Below, in pieces: positions 37,381 to 50,619 of a stretch of 64,000 nucleotides of DNA. Both the position numbers and the translations under genes were made by a program. The stretch's first letter is position 1. Each line of letters starts with the position of its first letter. The notes under the pieces were generated by a model that saw only the letters and a program-made list of their open reading frames with translations, searched no databases and had not been told where the DNA came from. This DNA is from Eledone cirrhosa (lineage: Eukaryota): positions 197,966,001-198,030,000 of the forward strand of contig OZ024742.1 of assembly GCA_964016885.1 (NCBI GenBank), read 5' to 3'.

Positions 37381-40092
37381 AGTCTGGAACCCCTATCTTG
37401 CTCAGAACATTGACCTCCTGGAAACTGTTCAGAGACATGCAACCAAGCGCATACCCTCCATCAGACACCTACCATACCCTGAATATTTTGCTTCCCTCTG
37501 GCAATGGACTTGGTAAACACCCACAAAGTTATTAACCATCCGACCAACAACAACCCCGAACACCTTTTTGATCTCCATGTGTCTAACACGTGGACATGCC
37601 TACAAAGTCAGAAAACAACACAGCTCCCATGACTTTAGGAAATATTTCTTCATGCTCAGAGTTGCTGAAGGATGGAACAAACTTCCTGCATCAGTTGTTA
37701 GCTGATGACACACTGCATCCTTTAAAACCATCATACATTCCGAAATACACCAAAACTACACCTGATGTCCCCCTTCCATACACATGCACATATGTGTATA
37801 TCATGACTCATGCACTGTTCTTTTTTCCTGACGTTTTTATATTACCCTATGTATTATATATGCACTTTTGATGAGTTGTAGTGCACCTCAGCATTGTACA
37901 CAATATTTTCATTATTATTATCATTATTATTATTACACTCATTGATCCATTTTGCACTAACTCTGCATCAAGCACCCTCACCTAAATATTAACCAATCAA
38001 GGATCCAATACAGCTATCTGTTGGATGAGTATTGTATAGTGCCAAAAACGAAACCAATCAGTTTAGCAGAAAGTTTCCAGACAAGAAACACGCATATTTT
38101 GCTATCCTCAAACACGTTTACACATGGCATGAAATATAACTAATCCGAGATGGCTAGGTTTCATCTTCTAACTGGACATACGAAATCCATTATGTCTTGA
38201 CAACAACATGAGGTAACATTATGTTATTCACAGACACACTTTGTACACTGTTCCATATCAGAATGTATTTCCTTCGTCACATTCACAAACAGTATTGAAA
38301 ATATGTTCTTCGGCAAATAAAAATGTTTTGTTCATAATATTTCAACTAGCGATTGCTCTACTCCACGCACGACCACCATAAATTAATGACCAGCTCAACA
38401 CAAGTATTGGTAGAGCGTCAGACACCATGCTTTGCAGTATTGTTATGGTCCTTTGCATTCTAAGTTCAAATCCTGCCGAGGTTAACTTCGACTTTCATAC
38501 TTACTAATTCGATAAAATAAAGTACCAGTAATGGACTGCCGTAATGGATTTGTGCCGAAAAATAGAAACACTATTAATGTGCAATAAGAGCAAAATATAA
38601 CGACATTGCTCAATTATTTTATCTAATGTTGTAATAACACAAGGAAATGTTGTTTGTGTATTTTTTTTTATATTTGCTCATAGGCTTTTACAATTTCGCT
38701 CAGCCAACAACTATTAAAAAGTGAGTTGCTTAAGATAACAATTTAATCACAAATTGTTGCTATCTTTTAATACACTCCAACAAGTCATCAAATTATGTAC
38801 AATAAAAACAAATCTTATTAATTTGCTCAGGGAATATAAAGAAAATGTATATACACTGATAATTGCAATTGTATGTAAATATTTTGTTTTTGTATTGTTT
38901 ATTTTATGTTTTCTATTATGTATAATATATTGATTTAATATTGATTGTTTTTTGTAGTTGTTTATATTAAAAGTCTGAAAATATTTTTATACATCTTACA
39001 CTAATATTTATAAGATAATTTATAATAACAATTACATAATCTAATTACATTACAACGATAATTTATTATTAATATATATCCTCTTTAACTAGAGTTATTA
39101 CAAGCGTTGCCTTAAAAAAATATTAAACTAGACATGAAAAATGCGCAGGCTCAAAAGTGCCACAGAATGTTATAATAAACCTTCAAAAGTGTGGGACTAG
39201 AGTTGTTGCTAAAAATATTGTAATCATTATATATCGTACATTCTGTGGCATCCTTTATAAAAATAGCTTAAACCAACGAAGCCTTTATTTTTACGCTATT
39301 TCACTTAGTTAATTCTTAGAGTGTAACATATAAAAATAAATACATCTATGTTTAATGTAATAACAGCTATAAATAATTACGTAATATTATTATCATATAC
39401 TCATAGTAACAAAATAATTGTGTTGAAAATTAATATGATGCTTATATGAACGATCAAATCTATAATGATAATTTCTTAAATATACTAATAGTAAAATAAT
39501 TTAGTTATCTATTGTTACATTTTCATAGCACTATAATATTAACAATCGTATTGCATTATCAAATTTTTATCACTACAAACTTTCATATTGGAATTACCTT
39601 AAGCCACTTATTATTACTTCGCTTTCGTACTTTTACAGCTGTAGATATTGCGCTGTATCTTATATCTAATATCAATATCTCATGGTAATTTGCATGCAGT
39701 GTAAAATAGGTTTATTAATAACTTTAATATGAAATGTATTATACAGGGCTGCGGAGTCGGCCAAAAATTGACTGGCTCCAACTCAGGATCCGATACTCCA
39801 TTATTTCCTAAATTTCAGCTCCGCAGCTCTGTTATTATATTAATTAATTTATTTTATAGTTGTAAATCATATTTTTATATGTTACACTCTAAGAATTAAC
39901 TAAGTGAAATAGCGTAAAAATAAAGGCTTCGTTGGTTTAAGCTATTTTTATAAAGGATGCCACAGAATGTACGATATATAATGATTACAATATTTTTTAG
40001 CAACAACTCTAGTCCCACACTTTTGAAGGTTTATTATAACATTCTGTGGCACTTTTGAGCTTGCGCATTTTTCATGTCTAGTATATATATAT
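37381..40092 (+). repeat. 2.7-kb local duplication, copy 2
   Basis: Matches 20021-22733; starts abruptly, fusing RTE to CR1 sequence. Confidence 0.95.
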
Positions 40093-40097
40093 GTCTC

Positions 40098-41250
40098 ATC
40101 ATCACCATCATTTCCGTTTAACGTCTATTTTTCCAGTCTTCCATAGGTTAGCCGGCTCATCCACACTGGGAGGCAGGTCTAGCCAGGGCTGGTCATGTGT
40201 TGCACCTTGCTCTGGAGAGGTCTGTAAATTTGGCTGGGTATTTTACAGCTGGATGCCCTTCCTAACGCCAACCACAGTAACAGTGTGGAACTGGGTGGCT
40301 TCATTATGAGGAGGGACAGACCAGTTGGCCACGCCAAACCCGTCTCACAATGGAACCATAGTTTTGGAGCCCGGTACTGGATGGTACCGATTTGCGGAGC
40401 TTAACCCATTTCGCAGCGCAGCCACTGTTTTGAGGCCTGGTATTTGGTGCACTGCTATGAGGAGGGGTGACCAGTCGGCTGTGCGAAACACATCACACAA
40501 TGTTGCCACAGCTTTGAGGCCTGGTTCTGGATGACACCGCTATGAGGAGGGACAGGTGCAGAAACACAGTTTGGTAGCCTGGTGTTGGATTATACCACAA
40601 TGCGAAGGGGCCAGTGATACCACTATGAACTATGGGGAAGGACAAGCCAGTTAGCTGCACTGAACCCTTCTCATAGCAACACCCCAGTTTCAAAGCTGGG
40701 CACTCTCCATGCGACGGACACTTCTCAACATGAAACTGGACTGAAGCAGCCTGGGACTGGATGGCACCACTATGAGAAGGGACAGGCCAGTTGCCCCCCC
40801 CCCCCCCTCGCAGTGACACACCAGTTTCAGAGCTGGCACTCTCCATGTGACGGACACTTCTCAATACGAAACAACCACATGTGACTCCACCATGCGACTA
40901 ACCCTTCTCAGTGCAAAACCACCTTTGTGTTGTGTGGGGCGGGAGTCTGACATTGGATGGCACCAATATGTGAAGAGGCCAGTTAGAATCCAGTACTAGA
41001 TGGCACTGATTCTAGGAGCCTAACCCAACTCACAGCGTAGCCATAGTTTCGTGGCCCAACATCGGATGGCACCACCACGAGGAGGGACAGGCCAGCTAGC
41101 CACGCCGGACCCACCACACAGCATAACCATGGTTAAGGGGCCAGATATTGGATGATGTCGCTTTGAGGAAGGATAGGTGCGGGACCACAGTATGGGAGCC
41201 TGGCTCACAGAAGGAACACACACAATCTCACTTGACCTACCCTTCAGTGT
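40098..41250 (-). mobile_element. Retroelement 3' region with (GAT)n tail and degenerate internal subrepeats
   Basis: CATCATCA..GTTTAACGTC end like 45860 and 56857; recurring GGATGGCACCACTATGAGGAGGGACAGGCCAG-like motif. Confidence 0.45.
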
Positions 41251-41838
41251 CCCCAGTAGAGGGTTGCCACTCTGAACTCACAGGTGGAGCATACAGCTTT
41301 TCTGGTGGTGGGTGATATTTTTGCGCCAGTTATTTACGCCCAGTTTGGCGTTTGCATTGTGACCTTGTTCATTATTGATATTACTTACTGGTCAATGCTA
41401 TTTGTATGTGTTAGTGGCTGCTAAATTAGCAATAGAGTTCTTTTTGGGAGGAGAGGGTTATTAGGATTAGAAGATGGTTGCCTCCATGGGTGTGGAGGTG
41501 TGTGTGTAATATGGTTAGGTTTCTATGGTAGTCTCATTTGATTGGACTTTTTTATGGTGGAGTATGTGGGAGGACAGGTGGGAAAAATGTCTACGATAAT
41601 AGAGACGCTATTTTGGGTTGTGATTGAAATATTCTAAATAACTTTATGATAAAAATATGACAAAATAAACATACAAAACTAATTAATCAGTATTGAGAAA
41701 ATAAATATATAAATATGTATATATATATACATATTTATATGTATGTGTATATATATATATCATCATCATCGTTTAATGTCCATCTTCCAATACTGGCCGA
41801 AACCTCTCAAATTTATCAAAGGTACATGCATACGCATG

Positions 41839-41880
<42 letters not shown>

Positions 41881-42644
41881 TATATATATATATGTTGCAA
41901 GGTAAATAAATGTGTGAATATATCCTAACAGAGCCAAAAAGTAACACAAACACCAACATTAAAGAGATACAAAGGCACAAGGAAGGAAGAAAACATAGTA
42001 GTTAGACAGTTAATTGAGGGAGAACAACATATAACAAAATACTAGTGTGTATGAATATAACAAGAGACGTGGTTTGTGTGTATAAAGTTTAATCAACAAT
42101 TTGCAGTTATATAAAATAGTATAGTTGACATGTCAATGAATAAATGAAAGAATGAAGCAAAGTTATTAGTTACCGTTTGGTTGCCAGGCGAACGCGCCTG
42201 GCCGAAGGCCAGGAGCCGAAAAGGCAAATGAGAGATAAGGAGCTGAAAGTTATTCCCTTTATAGGGTTGGAACGGAAGTGACAGAAAGGGTTCTGCCACT
42301 AACGGGAAGTAACTCCAACTACTTCCTGTCTAGAGGGCGTTAATCTATTGGTGATGTGAGTGTCACAACAAGGGAGGCAACTCCTGCTACAAACACAATA
42401 CTGCTATAGCTATAAACAGAAGTTTAAAGTAATGATTGTTTATGAGAAAAGGGGAAAGAAACACAACAGAAGCCTTCTCATTTTGACGCCTGTCGGAAAT
42501 GTTCAGCCAATTGTGTTAACATTATTTTCAGTAAATTCATCCACCTGCTTCATACGGATACTACAGTAAACGTTAAAACACAACACTTGATGGAGAGATT
42601 TTTAATTCCTGAAATATTAGGACAAAATAATAATAATAATAATA

Positions 42645-42860
42645 ATGATTTCTACTATAGGCACAAGGACAGCAATTTGGGGAGAGAGGAAAGTCAATTA
42701 TATCGACCGCAGTGCATTACTGGTGTTTATTTTATCGACCTCGGAATGATGAAAGGCAAAGCAAATCTCAGCGGGATTTGAAATTAAGCTGTAAAGGGCA
42801 GATATTATATGCTCCAAAGCATGGTGTATGACGCTCTACCGATAATGTTAATCCACAGCC
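42645..42860 (-). mobile_element. SINE copy
   Basis: Reverse-complement core GGATGAAAGGCAAAG..GGGATTTGAA. Confidence 0.6.
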
Positions 42861-42861
42861 A

Positions 42862-43050
42862 CAGGACTGATGTTGTTTAGCCCCCAGGACAGATGTTCTT
42901 TAGACCGAGGACAGATGTTGTTTTGACCCAGGACAGATATTTAGCCCAAGGACTGATGTTTAGCCCCAAGATTAATGATGTTTAGCCCCAATACTAATGA
43001 TGTTTAGCCCCAGGACATCTTTAGCTGAAGGACTGATGTTTAGCCCCAGG
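42862..43050. repeat. ~20-bp degenerate tandem repeat (GGACTGATGTTTAGCCCCA)
   Basis: About 9 units read directly. Confidence 0.85.
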
Positions 43051-44030
43051 AGTACACATATGGAACACCATGAGGTTTCCCCCCTCTTTGGCTGCTATTT
43101 CTAGCACACCATTGGACCACCATAAGGTTCCCGCTATAAAGCTGCTATTTCTAGCACATTTATGAACAGCCATAAAGTACCCCCTATTTAGCTGCTATAT
43201 CAGGAACACCTATGGGCCACCATGAGATTTCCTCCAATTTAGTTGCTATTTCTAGCACACCTATGGACCACCATGAGGTTTCCCATAGTTAGCTGCTATT
43301 TCTAGCGCGCCTATGGAACACCATGAGGTTTCCTCTATTTAACTGCTATTTCTAGCTGATGTAGCTGCTATTTCTAGCGCACCTTTGAACCACAATGTGG
43401 TTCCCCTAATTTAGCTGTTATTTCTAGCACACCTATGGACCACCATGAAACTCCCACTATTTAGCTGCTATTTCCAGCACACCTATAAACCACCATGGAG
43501 TTCGCCCTGTTTAGCTAATGTAGCTGCTATTTCTAGCACATCTATGGACCACTATGAGGGTCCCACATTTAGCAGCTTTTTCTAGCTCACATATGGACCA
43601 CCACAAGGTTCCCCCTATTTAGCTGCTATTTCTAGCCCAAGTATAGACCACCATGAAGTTCACCCTATTTAGCTGCTATTTCTAGCACACTTATAGACCA
43701 GCATGAGGTTCCCCTATTAGCTGCTATTTCTAGCAGACATTTTGATCACCATGAAGTTCCCCCAAGTAGCTGCTATTTCTACCACACCTTTGGAACACCA
43801 TATGGTTCCCCCTGTTTATCTGATGTAGCTGCTATTTCTAGCACAACTATCGACCATCATGAGGTTCCCGCATTTAGCTAATATTTCTGACACATCTATG
43901 GACCAGCATGAGGTCCCTTAATTTAGCTGCTATTTTGAGTACACCTATGGACCACTATGATGTTCCCCTATTAGCTGCTATTTCTAGTACGCCTATAGAC
44001 TATTATGAGTTTTCTCCTGTTTAGCTGATG
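43051..44030. repeat. ~41-bp minisatellite (TTTAGCTGCTATTTCTAGCACACCTATGGACCACCATGAGGTTCCCCCTA-like)
   Basis: More than 20 diverged units. Confidence 0.92.
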
Positions 44031-44154
44031 TAGGACAAGGCACAACAGTGAGGCGGAAGTAGATGATGGACGCGTTCGCCACCTCCGCTCTACCTTTCAG
44101 GGATGGCTTCCGTTCGGCCCATTTCTGGGTGAATAATATGATAATAATGATAGT

Positions 44155-45420
44155 AATGTTTCTACTTTTGGCACAAGGCCAGCAATTAACCCAGTGTATG
44201 ACTGGTGGTTTATTTTATCGACCCCGTAAGGATGAAAGGCAAAGTTAACCTCGGTGGGATTTGAACTCAGAACATAAAGGGCCGTGCTGCAAAGCATGGT
44301 GTCTGACGCTCTACCGATACTACCAAACTACCACCCTAATAATAATAATAATAATTGTTTCTACTTTAGGCACAAGGCCAGCAATTATCCAGTGCATTAC
44401 TGGTACTTTATTTTATCGACCCCGTAAGGATGAAAGGCAAAGTCAACCTCGGCGGGATTTGAACTCAGATCGTAAAGGGACGTAAAATAATAGTAATAAT
44501 AATGAGTAGGAACACAGTATCAATATAACATCATTATGTTTATTCATGTGTGACGAGTGTTTTGCGATTGATCAGCCCAAGGTTTGATCAGTATTGATTG
44601 GGCCTAACTCTGGAATCAATAGCTCATCAGACATGTGGATACCTTAATGACAGGTGTGCTAATTGATATCCCATTCCTACTCATTATTATTATTATTAAT
44701 CGGTAGGGAATCAGACACCATGCTTTGCAGCATAGAGTTACGGCCCTTTACAGTCTGAGTTCAAATCCCGCCAATGTTAACTTTGCCTTTCATCCTTAGG
44801 GGGTCAATAAAATAAAGCACCAGTAATGCACTGGGGTAATTGCTGGCCTTGTGCTAAAAGTAGAAACAATTATTGATGAGGCCCAACTCTGGAATCGATA
44901 GCACATAAGACATGTGGGTTCGTTAATGACAGAAGGTATGCTATATTGATGACCTGTTCCTAGATTTATTATTACTACTGCAACCACCACCAGATCAGTA
45001 GGGGTTGACCAATTAAGAAGACTGGCCCAAGAACCAAACCCCTCAAGTTACTTTCCTCCTGGGACCAGTAACGTCTCTCACAATTGACCAGATGGGGGAA
45101 CCATTTTCATGGCAGAATTGGTAGAGGGTCGGACAACATGCTTAACAGCGTAGAGTTACGGTCCTTTATGTTCTGAGTTCAAATCCCGCTGAGGTCAACT
45201 TTGCTTTTCATCCTTATGGGGTCGATAAAATAAATGTATTGGGGTCAATTTAATCAACTTTACCCTCCCCCAAATTGCTGGCCTTGTGCCTCTACTAGAA
45301 ATCATTATTTAGAAACAATTATTGAGGAGGACCAATTAGCAGTATCGGTAGAGAGCAGGGCAACATATAGTTGTGACCTTTTACGTTCTGAGTTCAAATA
45401 ACATTAAGGTTAGCTCTGTC
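44155..45420. mobile_element. Cluster of five SINE copies (44155-44335 -, 44352-44485 -, 44701-44873 +, 45111-45310 +, 45340-45420 +)
   Basis: Same B-box and Deu/Nin-like core in both orientations. Confidence 0.7.
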
Positions 45421-45785
45421 TCTCGTGTAGTCGACCCTGTAAGGTGGTAGTGCCATCATCTATTGCTCCCAATAGATGCTGTAAAGTGGCTGGCATTAGG
45501 AAGGGCATCTAGCCATAGAAAACCAAGCCAAGTGTATGAGCAAGATGTAGCCACCTAAACAGTTTGGACTAAGTATGTGACAGCTCATCTACTGCATGCA
45601 AATATAGAAAATAGATGTTGAAGGATATTGATGTTTTATATATAGATACATATATTGTGTGAGTGTATGTGTGTGTGCATGTACGTATATATTTAGACAC
45701 ACATATAAATATATATGCGTAGATCATCATAATTTTACCTGCGTGTAAGAATTATATACATATACACACACACACACCACGCATA

Positions 45786-45859
<74 letters not shown>

Positions 45860-45862
<3 letters not shown>

Positions 45863-46560
45863 TCATCATCATCATCGTTTAACGTCCATCTTCCAGCATG
45901 GGTCTGGACGGGAATTGTCCCACTTGAGGCAAGATTGCTTGTCTTGCTCAGGACTGTCTGGCGGGTTTTATACGGCTGGATGCCTTTCCTAGCACCAACC
46001 ACGTTTACAGTGTGGACTGGGAGGTTTTTACCGTGTTACCTACACGGCCACATTACAGCGTGGACTGTGTGTTTTTTTTTGTCGTGACACCTACACGACC
46101 TCATTTATTTAAGACTGGATGTTGTGGTACGAACATAACTTTACATTGAAAGGGGTGGTGTAGATGTCGGTGGGGGGTAGGGGTAGTGGGACGGGGGGTG
46201 TATTTTGGTTAAGAGGTGCCTACTGACTGTAAGTTTTGCTTTGTACTTAGGCAAGGCGGGTCTTCTGTATTACTGCGTAGCGCCAAAGATCTCGGTCCAG
46301 TGACATTGTCTTGGAGAGGTGTAAGTGTGTGAGGTCGGAATTTATCAAGTCGTCCCAGGTTTTTCTGGGTCTGCCTACTCTGTAACTTCCGTCAAATTTG
46401 ATCGCCCTGCACTTTTTTATACAGCTGTTGTCTTTCATGCGCATCACGTGACCGTACCAACGTAGTCTTCTCTCGAGTAAACAGCATCTGATCCCTCTTA
46501 TTCCTAATTTCTCACTTAGTTCATTTATGCTTTGCTGTTCACGTATATTACTATTACACA
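45860..46560 (-). mobile_element. RTE-type LINE 3' end with (GAT)n tail
   Basis: RRLRWYGHVMRM..GRPRKTWDD; same family as 36026-37380. Confidence 0.8.
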
Positions 46561-46610
46561 TATATATGTATATATATACATGTATGTATATATATTTAAA
46601 AAAAAAAAAA

Positions 46611-47110
46611 ATTTCGCTCTACATGGCTGGATACAATAAATGTAATCTGAGTATTAATAATAACATTCGATTCGTTTGCAATTATGCAAACAAGCAGACT
46701 GGCCAGTCAGTTGCTTGTATACACGTGATAAATGGCCGGCTTTGCCAACAGGAAACTGACTGGCCAGTCTGCTGATATGCAAATCTAGCTGATCAGTGTA
46801 TCTGCTAATTTGCAGATCTGATTGATCAGCCAGTCTGCTAATAAGCAAATCAGGCCGTTCAGTCACGCTATATTTTAGAAAATAGCATATATTTTCACTA
46901 GCTCTGACATTTGGCAGGTGAACAGTGAGCTGTACTGATGAAGGGTGATACCCAGAAACATTAGTGTCTGCAGTTCTGTTTACATGCCAACACAAGAGCA
47001 AGAATGAAGGGTTCATTCTACTGACATGGCGTTAAAATGAGGCTTGTTTGCATAATTGCAAATGAATCGAATGTTATTATTAATATTTGAAAAACTCAGA
47101 TTACATTTAT
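46611..47110 (+). mobile_element. Retrozyme-like family C with short inverted 5' arm, in (TA)n
   Basis: 46637-46695 is inverted at 47042-47109; octamer-containing subrepeats; HHR. Confidence 0.65.
46911..46990 (+). ncRNA. Type I hammerhead ribozyme with extended stem I; cleavage after GUC 46968
   Basis: GAGCTGTA-CTGATGA-A-GGGT-gat-ACCC-A-GAAA-CATTAGTG-TC-TGCAGTTC; extension TTGGCA.GTGAACAG/CTGTTTAC.TGCCAA. Confidence 0.88.
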
Positions 47111-47123
47111 GTATATATATATG

Positions 47124-47234
<111 letters not shown>

Positions 47235-47585
47235 ATATATATGTATGTATGTATATATATATGTATGTATGTATATATATATGTATGTATATATATATAT
47301 ATATATATATGTGTATGTATATATATCTATATGTGTATGTATATACATATATATATGTATGTATATATATATATATGTATGTATATATATATATATGTAT
47401 GTATATATATATGTGTATGTATATTTATATATATGTATGTATATATATATGTTTATATATGTATATAAATATATGTATGTATATATATTTATATATATAT
47501 GTATATAAATATATATATGTATATAAATATATGTATGTATATATATTTATATATGTATATAAATATATGTATGTATATATATTTA

Positions 47586-47666
<81 letters not shown>

Positions 47667-47791
47667 ATATATATGTATGTATGTATATATATATATATGT
47701 ATGTATATATATATATATATGTATGTATATATATATGTATGTATATATATATATATGTGTGTATGTATATATATCTATATGTGTATGTATA

Positions 47792-47822
<31 letters not shown>

Positions 47823-48101
47823 ATATATATATATATGTATGTATATATAAATGTGTATGTATATTTATATATATGTATGTATATATAAATGTGTATGTAT
47901 ATTTATATATATGTATGTATATATATATGTGTATGTATATTTATATATATGTATGTATATATATATGTTTATATATGTATGTATATATATATGTTTATAT
48001 ATGTATATATATATGTATATAAATATATGTATGTATATATATTTATATATATATGTATATAAATATATATATGTATATAAATATATGTATGTATATATAT
48101 T

Positions 48102-48149
<48 letters not shown>

Positions 48150-48182
48150 AATGTATGTATGTATATATATTTATATATATAT

Positions 48183-48234
48183 TTATTAATTCTGGCAATA
48201 TTACACAAATATGACCCTCCCCAAGTATAACAAT
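48183..48234 (+). mobile_element. 52-bp PLE-A terminal fragment in (TA)n
   Basis: Matches 2936-2987 and ends at the same AACAAT|AT. Confidence 0.8.
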
Positions 48235-48901
48235 ATATATATATGTATATATATATGTGTGTGTATATATATATATACATGTATATATGTGCATATATAT
48301 ATATATGTATGTACATATATATGTATATATGTATATATATATATATATATATATGTAAAATCTGTTAGTTGGTGAAGAAATCGATTGGTACATATCTTAT
48401 ATCTTGTACTTTTACAACAATATCTTTGTGTATTTAATGCTTGAGGACACCATCTTGATTGTACAGCTGATACTGTCATGATATCAATAATTTGTGTTCA
48501 TATGTGGTTCAATAACTTCTTCAGACATAGTTATAATAACCTCTGTCCTCAATGTTGCTATTTAAGGTGGTGAATTGGCAGAATCTTAAGAGCATCAGAT
48601 TAAATTACTCGGTATTTGTTTCAGTTTGTAATCTGAGTTCAAATCCCACACCTTGCTCAAACAGAACTGTATTTTGGTTGGGGATTTTCTTTTTACAGCT
48701 GGATGCCCTTCCTAATACCAACCACGTTTACAGTGTGGAACAGGAATAGCCCTATGAGATATATTCTTTTGTTCTCTTACTGATTTCTGTCATTAGATTG
48801 CTGCTGGGCTGAGGCATTGCTTTAATTTAGTAAACAATATAAATCGCTGTACATATTTTTTTCATTGATATCTTTTTTGTTGAACAGCTATGTTCAATCA
48901 T

Positions 48902-49037
<136 letters not shown>

Positions 49038-49422
49038 GCGCGCGCATCCACACGTTAATCTGTATAAACCCTGTATAAACCCTGCCTCATGTATTCTAAA
49101 TGGTAAATGTTCTATAGTCTATTGGGCTGAAGTCTCACTAGCTATTATACCAATTAAATGAAATGTATATTTAGAAGGTAACCAGTTTAAATTATGGTTT
49201 GACCAGCATACATACATGTTCAGAAATCCAGGCAGATGTACAAATGTGCAGATGCTCCTTTTTCAAAATATATTTGGAACACATCAATTTTTATATAAAA
49301 TAGGAAAAAAATTGACCAACGAAAAACAATAACTCAAATTTTCAAGATTTTGTGATATGTGCACTTCAGTAATTCTAGGATTTTTATCCCATACTGAGGA
49401 TACTTTAAATAAAGATTCTGAA

Positions 49423-50190
49423 CTTGGCTCAGTGCACAGTCTTTCCTCACTTTAAAAAATATCTTCACGCACAGGCATTGCACGATAGAATTAATTAATT
49501 ATTTCTACTTTTGGCATAAGGCCAGCAATTATCCCAGTGTATTACTGGTACTTTATTTTATCGACCCCGTAAGGATGAAAGGCAAAGTTAACCTCGGCGG
49601 GATTTGAACTCAGAATGGCAAGGGCCGTAACTCTATACGTCAAAGCATGGCGTCCGACCCCCTACCGATCCTGCCAATCCACCGCCCTTAATAATTATTA
49701 ATAATGGTATATCGTGCAATGGCCATACTCGATAATGAGGGGGCAGCCATCATGTATGTATGTATGCAAGGTCTTTCCCCACTTAAAAAACATTCAAAGC
49801 ACAGGCATTGCTTGTTCAGGATATGTTACAGCTTTGTGTGACTGGCCGTAGCCTAAATGTGCACCAAACTCTATAATCTGACCAGCCATTGCAATACTCT
49901 TAGCAGAGTTTGCAGCCATCATGTATGTATGTACAGGCAGATGGACAGATGGACAGATGGACAGATGGACAGATACATGCATGCATTGAAAGCAGGTTAT
50001 TATTGGTGAATTGGCAGTATCGGTGGAGGGTCGGACGCCATGCTTTCCAGCATAGTTACGTCCCTTTACGATCTGAGTTCAAATCCCGCCGAGGTTAACT
50101 TTGCCTTTCATCCTTACGGGGTCGATAAAATGAAGTACCAGTAATGAACTGGATAATTGCTGGCCTTGTGCCTAAAGTAGAAACAATTAT
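49423..50190. mobile_element. Two very short RTE-derived bipartite elements (49423-49767 interrupted by a SINE; 49771-49932) and a SINE at 50005-50190
   Basis: RTE 5' UTR motif GTCTTTCCTCACTTTAAAAA..GCACAGGCATTGC joined to GCAGCCATC-(ATGT)n ends. Confidence 0.55.
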
Positions 50191-50619
50191 TAATACATAA
50201 CCTACAGTCAGTGACCATAGAAGTGAGCATTGTTTTCCGTTTGTGTCTTATGTATTTTTGTCATTGTTATACTCATCAGCAAGTCAACTTAAGAGCTGAT
50301 GAGGTTTTAGAAGAAATGGTTATTATATGTATATATCTTAATGTTTTAAAAACAAGGTGAAAGGCTGATTTAATTTAGGAGAAATGTATTGTATAAGGTA
50401 AATGTTTTTAGTTTATATATAAAGGTTTACTTGATGAAAGTCAAAAGTAGAACAATACATATTTTACCACAAGCTGTGATGGTGTAGTTGGCTTATTAGA
50501 TTGAGACCAAAGTGACGAGAGAGGTGCTCTCAACATGTTCCCTGGAGTAGGCTGGTAATCTGCATCCCACGTGTCATGGTGAAGGCTGCTGTCAGTGGCA
50601 AGGCAGAGCTGTATCTTGA

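Noticed and set aside
37094-37516. Single 140-aa ORF
   Set aside because: In-frame chimera of RTE and CR1 fragments at the duplication breakpoint 37380/37381.
43051-44030. CRISPR-like regular repeat
   Set aside because: The intervening segments are homologous to each other, there are no cas genes and the context is eukaryotic; it is a minisatellite.
50272-50330. Two inverted CTGATGA motifs
   Set aside because: No credible stem II or stem I/III pairing on either strand.
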